From contig NC_045696.1 of assembly GCF_009834535.1 (NCBI RefSeq), forward strand, positions 70,992,001 through 71,052,000: 60,000 nucleotides of DNA, in the 5' to 3' direction. Both the position numbers and the translations under genes were made by a program. Source of the stretch: Camelus ferus. Lineage: Eukaryota. How positions within the stretch are numbered: position 1 is the stretch's first letter; every line of letters starts with the position of its first letter. The notes under the pieces are model-generated. The model searched no databases. It was given only the letters and a program-made list of their open reading frames with translations, and was not told the origin of the DNA. Below, in pieces: positions 30,339-42,000 of this stretch.

Positions 30339-30807
30339 GCTGGCTGTGTTGATGCAGAGAACCAAAAGCCCAGAACCGCTCCAGGCTCAGCTCCCAGTTC
30401 TATTCCTATTTTGGCTCCGGATGTGGAGCCAGTCCCCTCCCCACTTGGAACCTGTGCCTAGTCACATAAGGAGAACACTTCTGCCTCATGGCTTTGAGGA
30501 GGTGGGAGCTGAGGCCCATCCCTTAGACAGTGCCAAGAGGCAATGTACATCACAACTGACCTTTAGCTGGAGCAGCCGTCTCTGTCCCTGAGCCTCAGCC
30601 AGCTGGTGGTCCCCAGAAATGCTACCAACCAAAAGGAAGACACAAGGTTACAGGCCATTCCTGGCCCCCAGCTGGTACCTAATCAGGGCTCTTCAGACCA
30701 GTCATTAGGTCAGCCAAGACTTCCTGAATGCCAAGCTTTAGCAGGGCCAGAGGGATCAGAGCAGCCTGCTGCTTCTCAGCTTTCAAAAATCATGAGATTA
30801 ATTTAAG

Positions 30808-30828
30808 ACTACAAATCCCAGAATTCCT
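30808..30828 (+). promoter_or_regulatory. ZNF143/THAP11-type ACTACAnnTCCCA motif
   Basis: ACTACAAATCCCAGAATTCCT, about 470 nt upstream of the FAM131A MPMIS start. Confidence 0.5.
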
Positions 30829-31584
30829 CATGGGAGCCTAAGTAAAGCACAAATCTCAGCTAGTCTTAGCTCAAAAGAATCTCAAGTACCAACTACACTA
30901 ATGCCTGTGTGACTGACAGCCTGCCCTGAAGACCCAGAACCCATTCCAAACCCAGCCCTCAACGTCACAAGTTCCCACTGGACTTAGGCTTGGAGAAATC
31001 CATGACAGTGGAGTAAAGTAGGCTGACCCACCTCAGACATCTAAGGCCAGGCCCCAGTGTGCACCACCATCCATGGGAACTAAGGCCCAAGTAAGGGTCA
31101 GCAATTGTGGGAAGGATGCCCTGAGGGCCTCCCTTTGGGCTCCTGTTTCCCTCCACAGGGTACGGTGATTTTTGTTTTTGTTAGGAGTGGGAGAAGGTAA
31201 CTAAAACAGTTGTACAAGGTGAGAAGTGACCAAGTGCTCACAGGTGCCCCAAATGGGGCTGCGGGTTCCCTTCATCAACCAGGATACTCTAAAGGGGATG
31301 GTAAATTTAGTCAAAAACTCTGTAGTAGTAGGGTGCTTGGCCAGCGTTCGCAGGCTACCTCCTGAAGGGGGTTGGGACACAGCTAGGAGAAGCAAGTTAC
31401 CAGCACAGGGCCACTCCCAGGACAGTGAGAGAAAAGGTGTAAGCTGAAGGGGGTGATTGTGAGTGGGGCAGTCGCCACGGGCTGAAGAGGGTTGCCCACC
31501 CCTCCCTAGGCTGTGCGCCTCCTGCCACCCTCAGCGGTGGGAATGCAGGCAGAAAGACCACGAGTCCACCCTGCAAAGCCCAGA

Positions 31585-31618
31585 GGCAGGCAGGCAGGCA
31601 GGCAGGCAGGCAAGCAGG
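31585..31618. repeat. (GGCA)n tetranucleotide repeat
   Basis: About 8 units, one imperfect. Confidence 0.85.
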
Positions 31619-32335
31619 CCTTGGGAGCGAGCCCGAGTCGGTTTAGCCCCCTCCCCGCTCCGGCCTGCTCCTTTCTCTTGCCGGGCCCGCCTCCCCAGTG
31701 CAGGCTCCTCCCTCTTCCAACACCGGCCCCCTCCTCAAGGCCCCCACCCCCCCGCGGGCCGCGCTCAGAGCAGCCGCAGCCCGACTCCCCAACCAGGGCC
31801 CGGCCTCCGCCTCTTACCCTGACCTGCCGGGCTCCGAGAGCCGATACAGCCCATGGCCGGGCACCCAGGCACGCTAGCCTGCGCTCGGGGCCTGGGCCAT
31901 CGCCTTGCAGAGGGTAGGGCCGCGGCCGCCACCGGGAGGGGGTGGGAGCCGCGCGTCCACCACCGCTCCCGGGAGAGGGAACCGGGCCGGTGACGTAAGC
32001 GTGGGGGTGTGGCCACTCGCGTCACCACCCAAAGAAGGGTGGGGCGAAGCCGACGTCACGGCCACGCAGGGGCAGCCTGGAGCCGAGTCCAGCGAAAATG
32101 CTCGTCCTCTGCTCCCAAAGCTGACAGCGGAGAGACCCAAAGAGACGGGGGTACCAATGGGACAAAGCAAGGACAAAGACTCACTGGGTCTCGGGGTGTG
32201 GGGATGCACGGAAGACCTCGGTGCATCTGGCCCCCTTATTTCAGATGAGAGATATCGAAGCCATAGAGGGCTTCAGCTATAAACAGCCTGAAATCCAGGG
32301 CCTTCACACGCAGGCGTCTGCGTCACATTCCGGTA
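31600..32335. promoter_or_regulatory. CpG-island distal promoter of FAM131A
   Basis: CpG-rich; CRE/ATF-like TGACGTAA (31991), GCGTCA and GACGTCA (about 32052). Confidence 0.7.
31818..31854 (-). CDS. FAM131A: Alternative coding first exon of FAM131A (MGCIGSRSPAGQ)
   Basis: Kozak GCCATGG, 37 nt, donor CAGG|GTAAG, phase 1 and therefore in frame with exon 29651-29509 (350-aa product). Resembles the FAM131B N-terminus MGCIGS. Confidence 0.75.
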
Positions 32336-32634
32336 GGACACAGACCAGCAGGTGTGTTCCATGAAGCCCCCCCCCCCCAGTTATGTCTCCAATCTCCCCT
32401 CCTTATTATCAACAGGGAACCCCACCATGTCCACCTTGAAGGCCCAACCCCCTAGGAAAGCGACTCCCCAGCCCCGCAATCATGGACAGGGGAAGAGGCA
32501 AGAGGGGTGCCAAGTTACCACCGGGAAGTGCTACAGTGCCAGCTCTGGAAAGGAGGCAGCCCACCTATCCAGACTCCGTCTCCAGAGGGAGCAGGCCATA
32601 AAGCAGAGAGGCAGTGAGCTTAATTGAATTCATG

Positions 32635-32929
32635 TTTAATAATTACAGGCACCGTGCCCCCCCTTCCCCCTGCCCAGGCAGCAGCAGGGGTGGTGCAGGG
32701 GCTGGGGCATATGCCCCCAGCAGCGAGGACGGCAGTCCCAAGAGTGATTTTCAGAAAATAAAAAAAAGACCCCAGGGGCAGGCAGTGGTGCCCCCCCCAA
32801 GACACACCAAATTTCAAGACTTTATATATAATATATCTCTGTGCCCCAGGGGGAGAAGGACACCTGGCAGCATCCTGGAGGGGGGCCCCAGGCAGCCCCA
32901 AGCCATCCTGCCTCTTCAGCCACTTTATT
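32635..32929 (-). terminator. EIF4G1 tandem poly(A) signals: AATAAA (32929-32924) and ATTAAA (32640-32635)
   Basis: TTTATT and TTTAAT on +, about 125 and 415 nt after the stop. Confidence 0.65.
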
Positions 32930-33054
32930 AGCTCAGACACATCGCACTACAGGCACCCACTGCCACCGCCGCTGCTGCCGCCCCCCTGCAGTCCGGGCGG
33001 CTGGCTTGGCCATCGAGTGTCCATGGGGCTCCAAGTCCCCGGCCCCACCCACCC

Positions 33055-36000
33055 TCAGTTGTGGTCAGACTCCTCCTCCTCTGCCTCACGAAGCCATTTG
33101 AAGAAAGCTGTGACAGATTTAAGGGCCACGCCCTTGCCCTGCTGCTCAGCGGGGTCCTTGCTACTCTCCCAGCTATAGAAGGCATCCTCCTTCACCACAT
33201 CCTCGTCATACAGCGCATCAAAGAACATCCGAAGCAGGTCTGCAAGCAGGCAGGATAACAGTTAGAGACATACTCCTCCCACCCCCATCCCACCTCCCCA
33301 GGGATCCCTCCCCTAAGCTCCACCGTTGAAACAGTCCTGACCCACCGTGTTCAAATGTGTCTGATCATTCCAGAGCGACTAGGTCTCTGACAGGATGCTA
33401 ATCTCATAATCTAAGAGACTGGTGTGGAAGAATGAGTCACTTGGCCAACACTTAAAACACCTACCCAGCCTCACCCCAGCAGCTTCAAACTTCTCCACTC
33501 AAGTTATATATAAATGGAGAAAATTATGCAGAATTTGTACTCCTGAATTTGGGGAATCACAGAAGTCTGAGATGTATCTCTCACAAAATTCAAGGGTATA
33601 AACTGGAACTTCATTCACTGGCCCCCATTACAGATCCTGACAAACCTTTTTTCTTTTCAAGACATGCCACCCAAAATGTGCTGCTGTGGTATACCTGACA
33701 AATTCTTGATCTCAACCTCCTCTTACTTTTCACACATCTTCTGAATACACACACCCTTCTCTGGCCCTGATACTTCCACACAAGCTATATAGCCTTTGCC
33801 AGGAACATCCTTTCTCTTGTCACATTTTAATCACCTTCCTAGTGCAATTCATTTGGCTCAATTCAAGCACCCTCTGCTTTGACCCCCTTTCTCCCGCACC
33901 CCTAGCTACTCGTAAGCCTTCCGAAGCACTTGTCCTATAGTCCCTGAACATAATCCATCCCATTCCTCACACTGCACTGGCAGTCTTTCCAAAGCAAACA
34001 TTACATTCCTTAAAGCAAAGGAAGGCTGTGTAGTGAATACATTTCTTCTCAGTAAAAGAATAGATCTAGGTCCAGGCCTGGGTGAAACGCAGACTGAGCT
34101 GCCTAAAACAAGCTGTAAGCCAGAATGTTCCTCAGGGCACACACACTCTCAAATCCACAACCACTGCCTGTGGACAGCTTCCCACCCCCATCGCACAGCA
34201 ATAGCAGCAAAGGTTGTTCTCCAAATCCCATGCACACCCACCCTGGGGACCCTATACAATCAAATATCCTTTCTGCCCTGTATTTTCAAGCCCAACTTTC
34301 TCTCGTTTAAACACAAAAACATCTTCCTTTACAACCACTATCTCTTTACAGCCGAACAAAAGTGGTTTTTGGGTTTTGTTTTGTTTTTTTGCCTTTTGAC
34401 AAGAGATTGATTGAATTCAAAGATTTTGTCTACACTTGTTTTCGTTTCTTTTATTCCTGGTTCCGTCAAATATTATTCTGTCCTTTCCAATCCAGATTCT
34501 TCCCCTTGTTCCCCCAAATACTGTTTCTGCCAGGGTGGCTTCCATGTTTTCACACCCCAGAAGCCCTAATTTTCAGGCCTGCTCCTGTGGAACTCTCAAA
34601 CAGCATCAAGTATTACTGACCACTTCCCTTTCCTAAAATTACTCTGCCTGTTGTTCAAAGGGTTCTGTCCTTTGGTCCCTCCCTGTAGGACCTCTACCTC
34701 CCTAAGGTTCCATCCAGTGGGCAATCCTATACCCTCCTGTGACTTACACGTATGTTAGTTGCCCTGTGCCAGCAACTCAAGAGACTGGCCTCCAGCCCTG
34801 ACCTCTTCCTCTCTCCAAATGAATTCAGATACCCAGCCGTCTGCCTGAGATCTGTGATTACCCGCACGCAGGGGACCAAAAACTCAGCATGAGCAAACTC
34901 AACTTGATCTGGTGTTCCCTACTGCCAGGTGAATGGCACCCTAACATCTCACCTGCTAAAACCATCCTGGGAGTCATATATGACTTCCAATTTCTCATCA
35001 CCCCCCCACACCCAGCTACTTATGTCTTGAATCTACCCACTTGTCTCCCATCTCCATTGCCACCAGTGAGGTTCAGCCACTACCAATATGCTCATGATCT
35101 GCTGATCCTGCCACATTCACACTCACCCTACTCCAAACCACTATTTCCACTAATGGCCAAGTATGATCTAAAAACTAAGAGAATGTGTAAAATCCTTACT
35201 TAAAATCCCACAAAGGCCTTTCCCTGTCCTTCGGCTAAAGCCTAAAACTCATCCCATGGCTTACACAGCCCTGCATATCCTGCCCACGTCCATCTCTCCA
35301 CCCATCTTGCTGCACATGACTGGCTGCTGTGCTCTCCCACGCTGGCCTTTCAGCAGTTCTTTTACCTTGTGTCCTCTTTTCTACCGCAGGGCCTTCTTTT
35401 ACATACACAGTTCTTTCCTGTCAACTCTCCCCCTCCCATTTGTCATTCAGCCCCCATTTGTCGATTCCCACTCATTCTCTCTGACTAGGTATACTCCCCC
35501 AGAGAGCATCCTGCAGGACCCATCTTCCAACATCATCTGAACCCATGCCAACATGGGAATTATGTTTGACCTAATCACTGCCAATATCCCAATGTCCTGG
35601 CACATACCTATTTGCTGAATACATAACCTCGGGCATGTTAACCTAAGCCTCAGTTTCCCAATAGGGAAAAGGGGGCAACATCATCTACCCTAAACAATAG
35701 TTGTGAGAATTGAGGCAAAGAAAAGTATCCCAGCCCTGTGCCAGGCAGAGAGAATACACGATACTTGGGAAATATTACCATTTATCACCTCTGCATTCCA
35801 GGCATCTAACAGCTGGCTAGGCACAAAATAGATAATCTTGAAGCCCAGATCTAACTCCTTCCACTTGTAGGTAAGGAAACAAGTGTTGCAGGGGAAAAAC
35901 TGAACCATCGGGGTATTCTGCTCTCCAATGACCACTCACTTTTCTTGGCTTGAGACCATTTCCACGACTGCCCCCTACTGTCTGGTAGCTTCTCCAACCC

Positions 36001-39000
36001 ACCCCCACCCATGTGGTCTGGCTCTTACTGGGAGGCTGTTCTAAGGTCACTACAAGGGCCTGGAGGGCATAAAGCGCCTGCAACTCCTTCTGCTCATCAC
36101 ACAGGTATTTCTGTAGCAGTTTCGCTCGCGCTTTCAGCACCGCAACGTCCACTCGGAGAGGAGTCTCAACTACAGGGAGGAAGACAGGGTCTAAGTGGAA
36201 TAATGCACCATCAACCTGGTTCAGAACCAGACGCAAAAACCAAAACCTCCCTCCCTCCACGTGTCTGTTGGGCCCACCCTTGCCCCACTAACTCCCCGGT
36301 GCCTCTTACAGATAATTGCAGAATAGCAGACAGTTGTCATGAGGGCTCGAACTAATGTGTTGGATGCTACCTGCTGCTCACTCAGGTTGGACTGTGCAGG
36401 AGAAAGAGAAACAAATGGCCCGTAAGTTCTGAATTGTGCCTGAATTCTTGCTGCCCCCACCCACACGTCAAGAGCCACATCTCCTTTACCGTCTCCCCCA
36501 ATATCCATGAGAAATATACCTCTATCCAGTCAAACACCCGCTGGTTACTGCTGTTCTCCTTCAGCAGCTTCTCCAGCTGCCTGCTCAGCTCCTCGGAGGA
36601 GAGCAGCCTCTGGCCAGGGGATTCTGACTCCTCTCCCAAAGTGTACTCCAACTTCTGCAAGCAAAAAGGCCCACAGTTAAGAGGTAAGTACCTCATGTGA
36701 GATGAGGGAAGAGGGAAGAGGCCAGCCCCAAATGCTAGAGTTAACCTAATTCCAGCCACAAACCTGTGCAGTGATGAATGCACCGACATCCTGGCCTTCA
36801 GGAAGAAATTCCTTCCAGCTGAGTCCAGCCTCTCGCCACAGCATCCCCACCTTTTTGGGACCCTGAAAAACATAAGACCAACTTAGCAACTCTTTATCTC
36901 CAAGACTCTTAGCAGCTCCACAAATGTCATCTAATAAATACATACTAAAAACCCACTAAATGCCTGCTAGCAGCTCAGGATGCTATAGAGGTACTGAATA
37001 GGAACAGTCCGTCCATGCCTATGGTCTAGTACCACAGACATCAGTCAAACAACCACCCGCAGTCACAAGAACTCATCCGCCACAGTGCTCAGATCTAGGG
37101 GGGATGGCCTGAGAGCCTCTAGGAAAGTGTCAATTAGCTGTCATGAGATTCTCAAAGAATTACTGGACCACAAAAGGTAAACAACCAAATCCATATATCT
37201 CATCCAAGCCTTCCACACTCATCTACATTTCTTTTTTTTATAAATAGCTTAGTTTTCATTATTTCAATAAATGCTTATGGGGGAAACAATTTCTAACAAG
37301 TATGCTTATTTGAGTCCCAAGTCCCAGAAAATTTTAGAAGCATACATAACCCCTAACCACCCCCAATGCAAATCAGAAATCTTCACGTAAGCAGCAGCCT
37401 GAGTCCATTTTCCGTAAGGGGCAAGAGATGACAAATGCATCACTGTTTCACAGTAACAGATATTCACAGTGATGACATCAACCCATAACAAAATCACCAT
37501 AGTTCACGGATTTCAAAAACGCTCATTTTAACACCACTAAAACCTTAAGTTGTCACACAGTTCACACATCATCACATTTAAAAAATATGATCGTAAGTCT
37601 TTTCTTTCTTAGCAGTGCGTAAATAAAGTGTACTATGATCTATGGTACCTTAGAGTCAATTAAATAAATAAGTAGTTCAACATGCTTTTTCTTTTAAACA
37701 GAAATTATCCTGCTACATATTTCTACCTAAAAGAATTAACATGATGCTGAAAGAACAATTCTTTTCAATTCAAAGTCTCATTCCTCTAAGTTCTAGATAA
37801 TTCTTTCAAAACTATGCATCACTAGGTACCATACCCAACTTGCCTTTCCCATTTCACCTTTCCACTTCGCTAGTCAAAATTAACCTTCACAAAGCAGCTT
37901 TGGTTCCCTTCCAGGAAGGCTTTCTGTCATGAACCTACCAAACAGACACCCCCACCCTCAACCTCACAGTCCTTAAGGCACTCCATTTCAACTACTTATT
38001 TCACACTTTACTTCACACTGTTGTTTTTATTAAGCTGTCATTTCTTACTTTTTTCTCTTCCAACTTGTTTCCCAACTGTTTTATTCACTGCTGTGTTTCC
38101 ATTGCATAGTATGTGGTAAATGTTTTAAAAGAGGCTAACTGAATGAATGAATCAATCAACCAGGGGCTTAGGGCCTTAGGTTCCCATTCTCCAGCCTTGG
38201 CCAGAACCCAGGACAGGAGCTGGCCTAAGGGAAAAGTGCCAGCCTCGGCATTTCCTCTCCCAAGTACCAACACAGCACTACCATCACCATTAACCCCACC
38301 CCACCAAAAGGACCATGAAACTTATTCAGGGTTACCACCAACAGCCAAAACTGCATGGTGGGAAGAGAAGCCCTCAACACATGACCCTTAAAAGACTCCC
38401 ACTCACCATGCTTTTGCACAGGAGCCCCAGGATCTCTAGCAACAGGGAAGCAGCCTTGCCCAGGGGTCTCAGAGGTTTTGTAATCTCCCTACAAAAGAAA
38501 AGTCCAGTGTTGATAGCCTCCCACATCTTCTCAACACACTATCACACCCCTCCCTAGACCCACGGGTCTAAACTGCTAGAGCTCTCTTCCCTCTCCACCC
38601 CTACTCTTCTTCCTGTCTTAATCTCCCCTGAATTCCACCAAAGGGGGGCTTACCTGAACAGCTCCCCCATGGGCACCCCACCATCCTGCAGAATGGGCGT
38701 TACCAGTTCTGCTAGGTAGAGCCACACGTGAGGGATGTCAATTTCCATGTCTTCAGCCAATTCCAGGATTTCATACAGCCTGCAAAGAGAATTCAAAGTC
38801 AGGTCAACCTACGAAAGACACCCCACCTAGGAAAGACATACTCCCACCCTCCTTCTGGGGCAACAACGGCATGGCTAAAGGATCAACTGTGGAGCCCCTC
38901 AGGAACATTTCCTAAATATGGGACAATTATCTCAAGCTAAGCCTCCTTGTCCTTAGGTGGCTCACCCCATCCCTGCCACAAATAATGCTGACCAGGATGG

Positions 39001-42000
39001 CAGAGGAGCCTACACCCTTATCCAAGGTTCCACAGGTCCTAGAAAGGAGGGGAATTAGTGGGTATGTAAAAGGAGGAGGCCCACAGAAGTTGATCATACC
39101 CTTGGTAGTACTGAGCAGTGGAGAGGTGCCCAGCACAGAGCAGCTGGTGCAGCAGCCGCCCCATATGCTCACGGGCAATGGCGCTCCGCTCTAGTGTGGA
39201 CTCGATGCCGTGCCGCACAAAGATGAAGAGCAGCGAGGGCGAGGCCAACTCCTGCACGCACTGCACTGCCTCCTGCAGGGGCGCAGGGCACAGGACGGGA
39301 GAGCAGTTACTGTCTGGCCCAGACCCTACACCCATGCCTGTCAGCACAGGCCCCTTGCCACCCACTACCAGCGCTCAGACCGCTCCCACTGCCTACCTTC
39401 ATGTCATTGAGATGGAGGTATTCTTCAATGATGGCCCTGGATTTCTTCTCCAGCTCCTCTTCAGAAAGCGCTGCCTTTGGGGGGCTCACAGGAGGCAGGG
39501 CAGCTTCTCGCTTCACTGAGCAGAGAAAAATAGATCAGAGATTCTTCACTTCCAGTCCTCCTAGCACACAGGATCCGGAGCCCTGAAGACAGTCTGGGGA
39601 CTGGCTAATCCCAAACCAGCCCATACCCTTCCCTACCCTCCCCGTCCCAGACCCTTACCAGCATCCCGCCCACGGTCCCGATCCTCTGTAAGGCTTGCTG
39701 CCTTGCGCAGTCCCTCAGGCTGGGAGGGCCGCTCTCTACTCCGCTCCTCCACTTCCTTGCTGAAGCTCCGCTTGGTGGCAGGTGTCCGTGCACGATCAAG
39801 CCGGTCCCCACGGTCACCTCCCCGTTCACTCCGCTCTAGGCGGTCTCCTCGGTCCCCAGCTTTCTCACCTCGTTCTCGGCTTAAGCTACTCCTGGAAAAA
39901 AGACAGGCACGTTATCTCTCACCTGAACTGCCCAGGTACCCTCTCAGTCAACTATCCGACATGCTGAGCAATTGTCAGGCCTTGTCCTTGGCATCAGGAA
40001 TATGCCCCAGTCTCAGCCAGCTCTGAGCATTACAGGTGTGAGAATTCCTATGGCAACAGCCAAAACCCACTCAGTACTCTCAGTGTGAGGAACAAAGACA
40101 CCAAGGAAACCTCACCTCTGTACCACACGTCTGTTATCTGTGCTTTCTGTAGGAACTGCTTGTTGAAGGGCTGAGAAGCGATTCAAGGTACTAGTAGCTG
40201 GACGAGCAGCTTCTGATGCTGGGGAGGCAGAAAACCCAAATAAAGTCTTTATTTTCTTACATTCTATTTCCTACTGGCCAGTTTAGGACACTTGATCCCA
40301 GTCCCGACACTAAAGTTGCTCACTCCCTAGTACCAAGTACACACTGCCAATATTATCTAACTATTCTATACTGAGAGCCTTCTGTACAGACAAGGCTCTG
40401 CCCTCAAGAGCACTGATTAATAACCACTCAGCTCCTTACAGTGGCCTCCATACCTGCGTCAGAGGGCTTGGCTCCTGAGCCTCCACTGCTGCCCTTGCCC
40501 CAGCTCAATCGCCCTCCAGGTGCAAAAAGCTGGTTGTTAGAATCAATGGAGCCAGGCTGAGGAAGGAAAGGGAGCGGAGGAGAGTCATGGGTCTGACCTA
40601 GCCAAAGCCCCAGCCATCCCCCACCACACACAGCTGCAAGTGGCCTAAACTGGGGGCCTGGCACACTTTTCCTGTAAAGGGCTAGATATTTTAAGCTTTG
40701 CAGGCCACACAGTTTCAACTACTCAACTCTGCCGCTGCAGCACAAAAGCAATCACAGACAATGATTAGAGGAATTAGTGAGGTTATATTTCCATAAAATT
40801 ATAGACACTGAAATTAAAATTTTATATAATTTGTCAGTATCATTCACTTTTTGATCTTGTTCAACCATTAAAAAATGCAGAAACTTTCATCCTTAGCTTG
40901 TGGGCTGTACAGAAGCAAGGAATGGCTGGATTTGGTTTGCATGTCAGTGTCTGACCACCGGTCCAGACCAATGCGAATACATTCCCCTAGCGTTGGCAGT
41001 CCTGTCTAGAAATCTAACCAGTTTGTCTTAAGGGAGAAAATTCAGCTGTCATCTTCCCAACCTCAGAAAGTGAGGAGACTAAGATCCAAACCTGTGCTTA
41101 AGGCCTGTATGACCCCTTTATTCTCCTATTACCCTCTCCAAAGAACACACCCCTACCTTTGTGATCTTGGTAAGTCGTGAGGTGTCAATAGGGCGGCTGC
41201 CCTTGCTGATGGGGACTGTGTTCCAGCCACCATCATCCACAAGTGGAAGGCCACGGCCTGGGACAAAAAGGAAAGCACACTGGAATAATGAGTAAGTCCC
41301 AGCAACCCTGTTCCCCTGGGCTGCCCTCAGTCTCCTTTCCTCAGATCCTCAGTTCCATCATGGGGTCTCAGTGGCCCAGACACGTGGCACTAACAAGAAG
41401 TCATCAATGGAAAGCATAACCCCTCACACTGTCCATCCTCAGTCCCAGCTTCAAACTCACTGATGGGTGGGCCTGGAGGGCCACCCCGACGCTTGTCGCT
41501 GCCCTTGGCCATTAGCTGCTGCACTTTTATGTGCTCCCGATGCTCCTCCATCTCAGCCTCCTTGTGGATCTGGTCAATTGTCTTGGGACCCTGGTCCCCT
41601 CGGCGTGGCACCCAATTGCTCTGTGGGGACAGGCCAGTCACAAGATAATTACATCAGAGAAGGCCAAACAGCGTCAGGATCTGGTGGCTATGGGGTCAGA
41701 GGCAGCAGACAAACAGTGCAAACGAGAGGACGCATACCCGTCGCAGATCCAGTACATCTTGCAGCATAAAGCGGATCCGGGATGAAGTCTTCTTTTCCTT
41801 AATGATTTTTTCCATCTGGTTGAAATACTGATCCATTCGGGGCTAGCAAAAAGCAAAGGGATCAGGTCAGGAACTTCTAAGACCTCACCTCTCAGCTATA
41901 GGCCCTGCCCCTCCACAGGCCTCAGCTCCACCACTGTGCCTCAGTGACTTACACACAACAGCTGCAGAGGGTGCTTGTCAGTGGACAGCATACGACATGT

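Noticed and set aside
39941..40000. Possible extra C/D snoRNA (TGATGC...CTGA...CTGA on minus strand)
   Set aside because: Imperfect box C, no terminal stem, and no similarity to SNORD66.
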